Assembly (NCBI GenBank): GCA_030167865.1
Contig: JALAGF010000277.1
Span: forward strand, 1-64,000
DNA: 64,000 nucleotides
Origin: Craspedostauros australis
Lineage: Eukaryota
Reading direction: 5' to 3'
A model generated the notes under the pieces. It was not told the origin of the DNA. It was given only the letters and a program-made list of their open reading frames with translations, and ran no database searches. Below are positions 11,810-22,837 of this stretch, in pieces. Position numbers and translations under genes: made by a program. Every line of letters starts with the position of its first letter. Positions within the stretch are counted from its first letter, which is position 1.

Positions 11810-12349
11810 ATGCCCTCACTTCTCTTCTCCTTCCTGTCGCTCTTCGCGATCCTGGCGCGTGCATTCCTTCCCCTCGCCTCGGCGACTTCCACATCCACAC
11901 CGACGGCAGTTTCTACATCGCGGCCATCCAGTCCATCCACAACGCAAGTGCAAGCACCAACAGCAACCACAAGATCAACACGGATGTTCGGAGTGCCAAA
12001 GGCGAGAAGTCAGTACCAACAGCCATCATCACCATCCTGCGCCAGCATCTCACAAGATGAGATGGACTTCCATATGCCATCCGCCCACCAACCACAGCAA
12101 CAACGAGACGACAGCATGAATTCCATTCGGCAAGTGCACGATGACAGCGATGACGAGAACCGCAACGCACGTTTTGCCAAGAGTTACCAACAAGAACTGG
12201 AATCCTTGGGCCGACTTGAGAATGCGTACCTGCAACGCAACAAGCAGCAATCGCTGGTAGTTCCTGTGGCAACGTCGTTCGCTGTGAGAGGAAGAGCGCT
12301 TGGGGAGGATGGCTACGATGATCATGACGATGACTTCATCGGGTGCTGA
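11810..12349 (+). CDS. small hypothetical protein with signal peptide and plastid transit-like peptide
   Basis: ATG 11810 gives MPSLLFSFLSLFAILARA-FLP (ASAFAP-like), then an S/T/R-rich stretch ending 'TRMFG', then an acidic/Q-rich mature part. Confidence 0.6.
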   Translation: MPSLLFSFLSLFAILARAFLPLASATSTSTPTAVSTSRPSSPSTTQVQAPTATTRSTRMFGVPKARSQYQQPSSPSCASISQDEMDFHMPSAHQPQQQRDDSMNSIRQVHDDSDDENRNARFAKSYQQELESLGRLENAYLQRNKQQSLVVPVATSFAVRGRALGEDGYDDHDDDFIGC

Positions 12350-12990
12350 TACTGTGCGGGGACGGTGTCACTTTGTGTGGATGTTGGGTTGAGTGTTGCA
12401 GCAAGCACACCAACGGCTTCAATGGATGCAATGAATCCAACGATCCTTCATGCAAACATTCAAGCAACATCAGGATTGGCGTTGCAACGGAAGCTACGGC
12501 GATACTGCATCCACATTCTGCCTGCTGCACGACTCCATGAACTCCCGCTTCTGCCATCACACCAGATCGCAACGCCATAAGTTTAGACATAGAGATCTCG
12601 TTTCAGCTATTACATTGCATTGCACTATCATATCCGCTGCGCTTCGTCGTCTGTCTCGATTGCACCATCGATGGTGCAGTCGCATTCGTTGTGCTTCGTG
12701 GCTGTATAGTCAGATGTGGATCGACGGGACTCTGCCTAGGATAGTCTAGATTACAGTGTCAACGTGACATGGATGTGATGTTCTGAGCCACAAGACGACG
12801 ATGTGGCACCATTTTTGGAAACAGAACAAATCCACAAGAGTAAGATCTCCATCCATCATTGACACCACCGAGAGAAACAGAGCAGACGAGTTCGTCGGCC
12901 AAAAGCATCGCAGCACTTCCCCAGCATCCCAAACACATGCACATGCACACGCTTTACTGACATAGAATACTATAGAGTACAACAAATACA

Positions 12991-14352
12991 TCACTTGCCC
13001 GCCGGCTGCGCCAAGTGTTCCCATCCCACAAGCTTGATCTCCAGATGCGGCGACGACTCCTCCTCGCCGACGCATTCCTCCACGAGAATGAGATCATTCT
13101 GCCGCACGTTGGGGAACATGGGCATCAGAAAGGCCACGAGATTCGGCCACAGGTCCTGCAAGGCGGCGTAGTTGACCAGCTCCGCCACCGTGATGGGCGA
13201 GTAGTTGTTCATGGCGCGGCATACCATGATGTGGATGGTGGCGTCCCGATCGTGCGGACGTTGCATGTCCAGCGACAGCAGCGATCGCGACGAGTCTTGG
13301 CGCATGGAGCTGTCCATGCTGTCTTGAACCGTCGTCGCGGTGTCGTCATCTTGCGTTGCGATGGAGGATGATGCTTGCCGATCGGCGTGCGTCGCAAGGC
13401 TGCTGCGATCCACGGTCTGCCAAGGATCGAGATTCTCCAGCAAATCGACGTCTTGCAGGTCCCAAGTCGGAAGCAGATCGTAGTCGGTGGCGAACCCGAG
13501 TCCGTAGAAGGGATGATTCGTGAACGGCACCGTCGCGTTGCCGTTCTCACCGAACCTGTTCTGCGTCCGCCCGCGATGGACGGGACGCTCGGCGCTGCCC
13601 AGCACGAAGCGGAAGTGGTTGTACGTCGGCGACAGCCAGTAGAGGCGCATCAAGGTGAGGCAGTTCCAATCATCCTCCAAGAGTTGAGGACGCGCACGTA
13701 TCGCGCAGTTGCACGTAGCGCAGCGCGGACGCGAGTGCTGCGTGTAGGCCTCGTAGACGCATCGGCCGCAGGCCACGTGCTGGCAATCCTGCAGCTGCAC
13801 GGGATACAGCATGGGGAAGGCGCAGAATGCGCAGAACACGCAGTTGCGCGCGGCGTCCGCGGTCTGCGAGCGGCTGGTGCAGGACTCCGAGATGATGTGG
13901 CTGACCTGCTTCTTGATGCAGGGCCACGACGATGGAGCGGAATGCAGCGAAGCAACGTGCGCGAAGTTCTCGATGGCGTGCGCGTCGTCGTACATGAATG
14001 AGATCACCAAGCCCGCGATGTCGTGAGGCAGTTCCTGCAGAGGCATGGCGACGCTCTGCGGTTGCTTGGCGTGCGGTGTGCTCCTTTCTTTGTCGCCGCG
14101 ATGGCGCATGGAGACCAACGCTCTTGCGAAGAGGCTGCGGCGACGACGGCGGCGACGACTTCTTGGTGCATCGTCGCGTCGGTGGATGCCATGCCAGCCA
14201 GCGAGAGTGATGCGACGTTCTTGCAATGGCTGGTGACAGTCTTGACGTCGGTGCCGTCTGCCGCGGTGGTCGTTGTCGCCATTGTCATGAGACTGACTTC
14301 GCTTGGAACAGCGACGGCGCAGAGCAGACATCCAGTGCGAGATGATTTGCAT
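12991..14352 (-). CDS. RING-HC (C3HC4) finger protein with an upstream F-box-like segment
   Basis: CAFC-x11-CQH-x2-CGRC-x12-CATC RING spacing, preceded by 'LQELPHDIAGLVISFM'. Start uncertain: ACC-ATG at 14352 chosen, ORF open to 14571. Confidence 0.75.
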   Translation of the reverse strand: MQIISHWMSALRRRCSKRSQSHDNGDNDHRGRRHRRQDCHQPLQERRITLAGWHGIHRRDDAPRSRRRRRRRSLFARALVSMRHRGDKERSTPHAKQPQSVAMPLQELPHDIAGLVISFMYDDAHAIENFAHVASLHSAPSSWPCIKKQVSHIISESCTSRSQTADAARNCVFCAFCAFPMLYPVQLQDCQHVACGRCVYEAYTQHSRPRCATCNCAIRARPQLLEDDWNCLTLMRLYWLSPTYNHFRFVLGSAERPVHRGRTQNRFGENGNATVPFTNHPFYGLGFATDYDLLPTWDLQDVDLLENLDPWQTVDRSSLATHADRQASSSIATQDDDTATTVQDSMDSSMRQDSSRSLLSLDMQRPHDRDATIHIMVCRAMNNYSPITVAELVNYAALQDLWPNLVAFLMPMFPNVRQNDLILVEECVGEEESSPHLEIKLVGWEHLAQPAGK

Positions 14353-15367
14353 GGTGGGGCTTTCAGCTGGTTCACTTGCTATGATGGTGGACGGCTGCAA
14401 CACTTGGATGAGTTTGTGACTCTGCTTCATGATGGCGAGAACTGCTTGCTGCTTTGCTACATGCATGCATCCATGTATGCATCGTCGCGAATGGAACAGC
14501 ATGCTCCTTCTTGCAGAGCAGAAACGCAGATGCCAAGGAAGATGACATTGCTGCATCCTCGCACACGGCAAGATGAGTCAATGAATGAAAAGATGAACGC
14601 GTGCGAAAGGTTCGACTTCGCAGGTCCAAGTGCGATGGAACGGCAAGAAATCAAGGCACGCAGTATCCACGAATGGGCCTCATGATGGGTTCGGTTCTCT
14701 TTCTTGCCATCCAAATTTTGGTCATACTGTCCGTTCGGTGACGGTAACGACGATGCTGGTGATTGTGAGCAAGAAAGGCATGATCACAGCGTTCCTTGCA
14801 GCTTCGCGGCCTGTGCCGTTGCATCGACACCGTTGATTACAAAGCTTTCAGCAAGAACGCAACGAAGGATGTATCGACTCATCCATGCCTCTCTGTCAAC
14901 GAACGATATTCCCACGGCCGATGTCTCGGGTGACTGAGGCTCCCATCGCAGTTGCGAAAAGATGTGGTTGTCACGTGGATCGCCTTCTGTCATTGCAGAG
15001 AGGTGGAGCAAGAAGGAGATATGGGTGTGTACTCGTACGCCAACTGAAGTGGTTTGCCGATGACGCAACGCCTTCAATACGCTCCTCCAACATCTATGGA
15101 GCGGAAGGACACAGCAGACATTTGAGAAGGTAACCCCTCAAATGTCTGTTGCTGCGCATGCGCGATATCGTCGATGAGCAAGAAAACAACAACTGGCTGT
15201 GGTAGTTGAGATGTGGGTGGAGTTGACAGTGCTGAGAATGCGTTGGATTCTACATACTGGTGTCGGTACGCACCATCCCACGCAACCACTTCCTTTCTTG
15301 GCGCTATCAGTGTCACGGCGCAATGAGAGAACAACAAGTCCCAACAAACATCGAAAAAAATGGCGCG

Positions 15368-15391
15368 AACAACAACAACAACAACAACAAC
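15368..15391. repeat. (AAC)n microsatellite
   Basis: Perfect AAC run in intergenic DNA. Confidence 0.9.
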
Positions 15392-16185
15392 GAGAGGATC
15401 GACATCAACGGCAACGAAATCACAGACTCCTCCAACCCATTCGACCAATCAATGTTGCCATTGCAACACCTCCCACGGACAAGGACAAACCAGCGACAAT
15501 TATGACGATCAGCGGGGCTATGGCTTGTGTGTGAATGTCTCCACATTCCATGTCCAGAATGTGGACATGTTGGATCATCATTCATTGAGGTATCCATCGT
15601 TGTTCTCATTCATTCATTCATCCATCTTCGTATCCATTGATGCAAGTGCCACTCGTATGTTCTCACACATTCAAGAGATCTTCGTGAGTTCATTGTGCGC
15701 TCTATCCATCCATCTGTCCCACGGCACACAGAGAGACAACAACAACCATCTTGGTGGTGTGTACGACAGTCAACGATGAATTTGGCGACAACCAACAGGT
15801 GCGCGATGCATCATCAACAAATTTTCCCATGCAACCTCATAATTTTGGCAACTCCTTCTGCTCACAAACTGGCATCGTGTGCCGATCGAACAGGTACGTT
15901 CTCTGCCCCCATTGCCATCGCCACGGGCACCATGATCATCTGCGATGCATTGAGCAGACAGCGGCGTTGGTTGGTTGGTTGCTGCACTGCGTATCACGTG
16001 AAGAGCGGCCACGTCGTTGCTTCATGAGTACATGCGAGTATCACAATTCTGCCCCAGCACATCGAACGTGGGATGGTTCGTTGCGGAACCATTGATGCTT
16101 CAACTCACTTTGTGCCACTGCATCCATCCAACCCACCAACGCTGACTCCAGCAGCAGCAACAACAACACGGAACGACGAGACACC

Positions 16186-17658
16186 ATGAATACGTACACG
16201 TTCACAAAGATGATGGACGACACTCCATTCCACCTCGCCGATCTGGAGTCCATCCTGCAAGCCAAAGAAGGAGGAGGAGGCAACGGTGGACTCCGCGGCG
16301 CCGACAACGACGAAGACCTGGACGACGCAGCACCCGCCATGCCCCAACTGAAGCGCGCCTTCACGGACGACATCCAGAGCACATCCGCGATCAATGACTT
16401 CCGCATCCGCCGCCCGGCCAGCTTGATGCCAGTCAGCGAGATGGACCATGAGGACCTGCAGCCGCTCAAGAGCACGCTCGTGACGCCCGACAAGGTGCAG
16501 CGATCGCGGTCTCCCGGATCCTTGAAGCCGCGGCGTGGTTTGATGCGGGCCACCCGATCCGTGCGCAACATGTTCTCCAACCGATCCGCCCGTTTCTCGT
16601 CCATGACCGGAGGCGGCAGCAAGAAAGGGTCGTCGAGCGAGAAGCAGGAAGGTGTCGGCGCATCCCTGCCTGCGAAGGATGCTCGCAAGCCATCGATGGG
16701 CAAGACCAACGCAGTGCCTTCCACTCCCAACAGCGTGCGCAAGAGGCAGCTCTTTCCCACGAGACCATCCGTCAAGGCCTTTCGACGCATGAGCCGCCGC
16801 AGCAGCCTCAGCAACATCGTCGGGAGCGGCGGCAGCGTCAGCAGCAGAAGCAACCGCTCGACCAAGGAGGCCGCGCCTGCATCCATGAGATCGTTGCGCT
16901 CCTCCAACGCAAGTCCAAGCAGCAAAACGAGCGATGGCAAACCAGCTCGCAAAGGCACTCCAAGCAGCATCCTTCCACGTGCGGCACCCGCAAACGTGGT
17001 CAAGGTGCCTTCGATCCCCCGCGCCGCCTCCATGCAACCGATCGTCGATCGAACGATGCATAAGGGCCGCAGCAAGCGCCTGCTCATCGACACCGCGAGG
17101 AGCCCGCCCACGAAGCGCCTCTCCAAGTTCCCCACGCGCATGGCCGAGTCTCCTCCGCCATCGCGGCCCACCGTCCCGCTGCGGTTCGATACCGAAAAGG
17201 ACCGGTACGATATGTCCGGCACTTCCAGCATGGCGTGGAAGTCACCCACGCCCTTCCTGTCACCCTGCAAGAGCACCATCGCAGCGCTGCCCGATATTCC
17301 TCTGGCCCCGCCGCTCGTGCGCGCCGAAACGGACGGCGCATGCACCATGGCGCCGCGATGGGAATCGGTCTCATCCGTGTCGTCGTACTCGTCCGGATCC
17401 ACCGATGAACCACGCAACGATCTGAAGGGCGTCGTGCTGACGGTGATCAGCAACACCTCCCAGCTGAATCGGCAGCAATCGTTGGCCACGACGCATACCA
17501 ACGACACGCTGAAGCACGAGAACAAGGCCGGCACGATGTACCTGTCGCGGTCCATGAGCATGAAGCATCCCAACGAATGGAAGGGTCGGCAAGCGGATCA
17601 CGGTGGCAAGAACAAGCAGGATCGTGCGCCCTTGTTGCCGACTCGCAGTATTTACTGA
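16186..17658 (+). CDS. hypothetical low-complexity Ser/Pro/Arg-rich protein (probably disordered)
   Basis: 490-aa ORF starting at ACC-ATG, GC-rich coding-like codon use, no folded domain recognised. Confidence 0.65.
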   Translation: MNTYTFTKMMDDTPFHLADLESILQAKEGGGGNGGLRGADNDEDLDDAAPAMPQLKRAFTDDIQSTSAINDFRIRRPASLMPVSEMDHEDLQPLKSTLVTPDKVQRSRSPGSLKPRRGLMRATRSVRNMFSNRSARFSSMTGGGSKKGSSSEKQEGVGASLPAKDARKPSMGKTNAVPSTPNSVRKRQLFPTRPSVKAFRRMSRRSSLSNIVGSGGSVSSRSNRSTKEAAPASMRSLRSSNASPSSKTSDGKPARKGTPSSILPRAAPANVVKVPSIPRAASMQPIVDRTMHKGRSKRLLIDTARSPPTKRLSKFPTRMAESPPPSRPTVPLRFDTEKDRYDMSGTSSMAWKSPTPFLSPCKSTIAALPDIPLAPPLVRAETDGACTMAPRWESVSSVSSYSSGSTDEPRNDLKGVVLTVISNTSQLNRQQSLATTHTNDTLKHENKAGTMYLSRSMSMKHPNEWKGRQADHGGKNKQDRAPLLPTRSIY

Positions 17659-18372
17659 TGCGGTTGCATGGGTGCGTGGATGTACGGTACACGCTCCATT
17701 GGCAGCATGCGAGTCATCGTCGATTGCGACAAACGCACTTGTCGTGGATGGGAGCGAGAGTGAGGCGTACCAGCACTTCGCAGAGGAGTTTATGATTCAT
17801 AGCAGTGGCTACTGCAAGAGCAGCAGAAGCAGAAGAAGGCTTCAAGCCAAATCAATGCGCAAAGAGAGAAACAGAGAAAGTTAATCAACATTGCAGTAGT
17901 AGCGCAAGAGATACACACTATGTTGCCATCGAGTGTAGACTAGAGGAGTCACGCATGCGCGTTCGATGTTGCAGTGCGAGCAAGAAGCAATCCGTGTACT
18001 CAGGGGTGAGTGACAACATGACGTCAGTCAACAGAACATGACTCGCATCTGCGCAACACAGAAGAAGCGAGGGGTCATTGCTTTCTTGCTGGATCGTAGA
18101 GCAACTGTGTCTTCAACTGGCTTGAGTTCGTACTATGCTGTTATGCTATGCTGTTTTGCTATGTTATTGTTCTTTGTACAGACTGCGTGCTGTTATGATG
18201 CATTATGTGCAGGTATTCGCGTATGTTTGTTTGATATGGACATGGGTATATACAGATTGTTGTTGCTGTTGTTGCTGTGGTTGGTTGCTGTGATAGCAGT
18301 GCTGGTGGCGAATGCTCTTTCCGGCAGAGCGCTCTACTCACCATCGCGTTGGCGATCGCTGCGACAACCTCA

Positions 18373-19686
18373 TCAGTTGGCTTCCGCCAAGCCAAAGAGA
18401 AGAGCGGCCTCATCGAGGGTGGGGAGGTTGTCGTCGTAACCACTGCGACCCGACATGCAGGCCGTGCGCCACAGATCCTCGTTCTTGCGACGGTACTTGG
18501 ATCGCGGCGTCATGGTGCGCACCGGGCCGATGGAGACGCGTCGTGGCGTTTGGAAGGAGGAGGTGTCCTCCATGTCGCTGGCCTCGGTCGATGCCACGCT
18601 GGCCGAAGCGGACGTGTCGCTGATGGGTCGCGAGTAGACGGAGGGCGTGGCGGTCTTGTGGGCGGTGTCGTCGAGCGCCAGCGTGAGGACGTCGTACACC
18701 TTGTTGAGATGGGCCGCGGACTTGGCCCTCTTGTTGCTGTGCTCTTGATGTCTCTGATGATGCGGGCGGGTCTTCTTGCTGAGGTCGAGCTTGCGCTTGG
18801 TGGATGCTGGGCGCATCATGTCCGCTGACGCAGAAGAGAGGGCCAAGAGGGAGGCCGTGGAGGAGGAGGAGGAGGGACTTCTTGGTGCATCTCTCATGCT
18901 GGCAGAGGAGGCGGTTGTTGATGACGTCCTCGTGGAAGAAGAGGAGGACAGCGACGGTGATGACCCTGCGCTTGTTGACTTGTCAGAGACCACCGCGGAG
19001 GTCTTCTGAGGAGCGTGCCTCTTCTTGAGCGTCATTGCAGTCCTGGCTTCGTTGGTCGTCTGTCGACTCGGAGCGGAGGTCTGCAGGGATGTCGAAGAGG
19101 ACGTCGTTTGCGGTTGCGGCTGCGATGCCTCGCGCAGCTGCTGCTTCTTGTGGTGCTGCGTCTGGCTCTGCTTGCGCTGCATCGCCTCGAAGCGCGGCTT
19201 CCAGAAGCGGATGCGGTTGTTGACGAACCAGTTGTTGAGCTTCTTGAGTTCGATGCCCGTGTCCTGCTGAATCTTGGCCTTCTCATCTTCGCTGGGGTAG
19301 GGATGGTGGATGTGCTGGGGGCTGAGGATCCAGGCCTTCAGGTAGTCCACGACATGGGCTGGGAGGCTGTTGGTTCGGCCTCTGCCGCCACCGGTGCCAC
19401 CGGTGCTGCCGTTGCTTCCGCCATTGGAGCCTGTGCTGGTGGAACGGGTCATGCCTGTCTTCTTGTTGGAGGGCGTTGCCGTTGACGTTGACATTGTTTT
19501 GGCCGTTGACGTTGACATTGTTTTGGCTGTTGCTGTGGTTGTTGCTGTGGTTGTGACTTTGGCTGTGACCGTGATGCTCTGGTTCTGATCGTGGCTGAAA
19601 GCAACGGAATCGGTCTTGATGCTGCTACTGCGCTTGATGGGAGTGTTCTTGATGTGTCTGATGCCAACGAGGGTGTCTGGGTTCAT
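18373..19686 (-). CDS. TALE-class (KN-type) homeobox transcription factor
   Basis: 'LPAHVVDYLKAWILSPQHIHHPYPSEDEK...IELKKLNNWFVNNRIRFWKP', with the PYP loop extension and WFxN.R helix 3. Confidence 0.92.
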   Translation of the reverse strand: MNPDTLVGIRHIKNTPIKRSSSIKTDSVAFSHDQNQSITVTAKVTTTATTTATAKTMSTSTAKTMSTSTATPSNKKTGMTRSTSTGSNGGSNGSTGGTGGGRGRTNSLPAHVVDYLKAWILSPQHIHHPYPSEDEKAKIQQDTGIELKKLNNWFVNNRIRFWKPRFEAMQRKQSQTQHHKKQQLREASQPQPQTTSSSTSLQTSAPSRQTTNEARTAMTLKKRHAPQKTSAVVSDKSTSAGSSPSLSSSSSTRTSSTTASSASMRDAPRSPSSSSSTASLLALSSASADMMRPASTKRKLDLSKKTRPHHQRHQEHSNKRAKSAAHLNKVYDVLTLALDDTAHKTATPSVYSRPISDTSASASVASTEASDMEDTSSFQTPRRVSIGPVRTMTPRSKYRRKNEDLWRTACMSGRSGYDDNLPTLDEAALLFGLAEAN

Positions 19687-20619
19687 TGTCTGTGGCTTTG
19701 GTGCCCACGATTGCTTATTTGGTGACGAGTTGATGTAATGTGATGTGATGTTGTGACGTGATGTTGTGACGTGATGTGTCTGATGATGATGATGACGATG
19801 ACGATGATGATGTGGCTGTTGATGGAGGTCGAAGTGATGGTGGTGGTGATGATGATTGTGCGGCTGTGGGATTGTGAGATGATGGGTGATGTGTGTGCAA
19901 AGCAGAGAGAGAGAGGCAGAAGGAAGCTCGATGATGTGTCCTTCTTTTGAACCCTTTGTGTGGTTGTAGCAGTATCGGTGTTGGCGTTGGTATGAGTTGG
20001 GCAGGGTCCGCGTACTGAAGTACCGCAGAGCGCAACACGACCACGACAGAACAACTTGATGGACATCAACAGAGTCGGCTCGACGTAGAACGCTCGTAAG
20101 ATGGAGTACTCCAACCTACTTTGCAATGCTGCGATGTGCGCTCGTAATCGTACTGCAACAGAACCAGGAAGAAAAGACACAACAACAGAAAAGACACGAG
20201 CAAACGTTGAGAGGTGATGTGTGCCACACTTACCGCGCTCGTACTCACGCTCGTACCCTGCCTACGAGAGTACGTACTACTACTCTTTCGTATCAACGTG
20301 TGCCGCACAAAGAAGCGCGTGTCTTTTGTGTGTGTGTTGCCAGCAAACTGGTGTCTCTCACCAATCGTTCGCACTCTCAGACATCACGACTGTGCGTGGG
20401 TGTTCTACGCCAGAGTGTTCAACTTCCCATTTCTTCCTCACTCGTTCGTTCCCGTTCGGCCAAAAACGTGTTGCCTCTTCATTTTTGATGTCTCTCTCTC
20501 CTGGTTGGTTGCACACTAACGAACGAACGCACGCAAGCACACGGCACGGGAGCACACGAGTACCACACCAAACCGACAAACAATCATCCCACTCCACCGC
20601 GTTGCCTTTCTCTCCTTCT

Positions 20620-20731
20620 TGACGTGTTGGGCGTGTCTTTTTCTGTGGGATCATCCGGAACTCTATTGGATGACGTGTGCCGTGGTTGTAGTTGTATCTG
20701 GTGCAACTCGCTGCAAGCAACATCGACGTCA
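20620..20731. promoter_or_regulatory. cluster of TGACGT (bZIP/aureochrome-type) motifs upstream of the homeobox gene
   Basis: TGACGT at 20620 and 20671, ACGTCA at 20726; further copies at 19754, 19767, 21260 and 21781. Function inferred only. Confidence 0.3.
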
Positions 20732-22837
20732 CTTAACGACTTGCCCATGGACATCTGCTGCAACTGTACCTCGCCCATTCCCTAAAACGTGAAGAAGCTG
20801 ATGTGGTTCAAACTTCGCGAGCACCCTTTCCGCACCCATCATCCGCTTCTCACACATCAAAGCCCAATCAAAGTGGATCGAAATAATGAGGCCCATCATG
20901 ATTGGCTGGCGAACGCAAATCCATCTGTTGTCACAGCGGACGCGCCTATTTCTACTATCTCGCCTCGTTCTCACGCGCTGCTCTCCTTATTTTTGATGGG
21001 TGTCAGTACGTGTAGTCCGTAGCTCGTGCGTGTGCGTCTGTTCCATGATGCGCAATGTACCAGCGTCTACGTGCGTTCTACGTACCATACGCGATGCTCT
21101 GTGCTCATGTGTCTCTGTCTATGTGTGTCTTTCTCGCTTTTCGCTTTTTCCTGTTTTGTGTGGACGTGTGTGCGTCGTTGTCAGAGGTGACATCATCTCA
21201 GCCGATGTGATTCGTTTACACGTCGGTCTCGTCACATCTCATTGGGTTTTCGTGGGTGGTGACGTTCGGATCTTTCCTTCCTTCAACATCACCACACCGC
21301 CATGGCTGTCGTAATTGTTCCGTCGTCTTGCGACCAACCGCGAAGCCGTGGCCTGCATTTCGGAGTTGTCTGTGAATGCACCGAGAACCCACACGGTCTC
21401 TCCTCTCGTTGACATCACCATCGTCATCGTCAACTTGGATACGCGCGTCTTTGATGGTGTTTTGAGTTGCGTTACGTTGCGTTGAGTTGAGTTGAGTTGC
21501 TCCTTCCTGTTCTACTTCGTCGAATTTTCCTTCTTCTTGGAGCACATCACTCTGATGTGTTGCGGCATGGTCTCTCAAGATAGAATCTGTTCTTGTTGAT
21601 GTGTCCAATCCTGATTCCAGTCTCGCTCCCTCTCTCTCTCTCTTGCCTTGGTCTTGCTCCCTCCTCCATTTACGTACATCATGCCGTGTCCCTGCCCATG
21701 CGTGCTGCACCCTTTTCCATCCAATCCAATCAAACTCATCCAACAAAGCCACATGCCGACCCATCACATCACATCGATTCACGTCACATCGCATCGGCAG
21801 ATTCGTTTGTTGGTGCAGACGCATCTCTCCCAAAAAGTGCCGCGGAACCTGCCTTCCTCGGACGTCGCGACAGCTGTTTCCTAGTTAGAACTTCGGGACA
21901 CATCACCCATCAACCATCCATTTTTTCGTATTTTCGGCGTTCTGACTGGGTCAGGTGGCTTCCCTCTTTCCTTGTTCCTCCTTCGACTCGGGAAGGACAT
22001 CGCCACCGCTTGACATCGTCATCATCGCTTCCTCGTTTTTGTCTCCGCATACTTGCAACATGTCTGAAGTCGTGACACAAAGAGAGAAGCCATGGAGATT
22101 GGTTGTGTGCAAGAAACAACGAAAGCCACAGGTCCAAGTCCGACCACGATCGGGAAGGCAACGCGCTCCCTCTCAAACCGCGTCGGGTACTCGCCATGTC
22201 TGCTTCCAGCAGTTTCCCATTGGGCCACATTTGTCCGATGATGCGTCGCTGTTCGTACTACTTTTACCATGTGTATCGGCGTAATTATGATCGCCTCCTA
22301 CAATCATCCCATGACAGCGAACTCGCAAGTGCGTGTGTCAACAGCGAGAACCAACCAAAACAGCGCTACCGGGGTGACGACAGATTCGCAAGGCTAACCA
22401 GAGAATTCGGCAGTTGGCACCTGCTTCTTCCTTTCCCTTTTCGCCTCATACTACCTCAAGAACCCTGCGCGAATCCGATTCACAGACACATCACGATGCG
22501 CAAGTAACGTTCCTCTTGTTCTCCGTCCGAATTCGAATGCGCGCTTCTCGTTGGCTGATGTCTGAGATGTTACTCGAGTGGGTCGTCTGGATATATATCG
22601 TGACTCAGGCTTTGTCAACGTTACGGGATTGGATCCACCCATCAACAGGAACTCTCCTCAAAGATACCGAAGCGACGAGTTTGCTTGCTTTGTGTTTGCA
22701 GGCCACGGAGAGGCACAGCACCTGGTGTTGTTGGAGACGAACACGTGTATGTATCCACAAGCGCCATCATACCGTATCGTCAGAGACTTCCACCCGTACG
22801 ACTACTCGTTGCAGCTGCTATAATACCAGGTTGCAGC

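Noticed and set aside
16041..17573. 510-aa antisense ORF, and similar long shadow ORFs opposite OYE, SpoU, the 2OG oxygenase and the MFS gene
   Set aside because: Expected by-product of GC-rich codon bias on the coding strand; no motifs.
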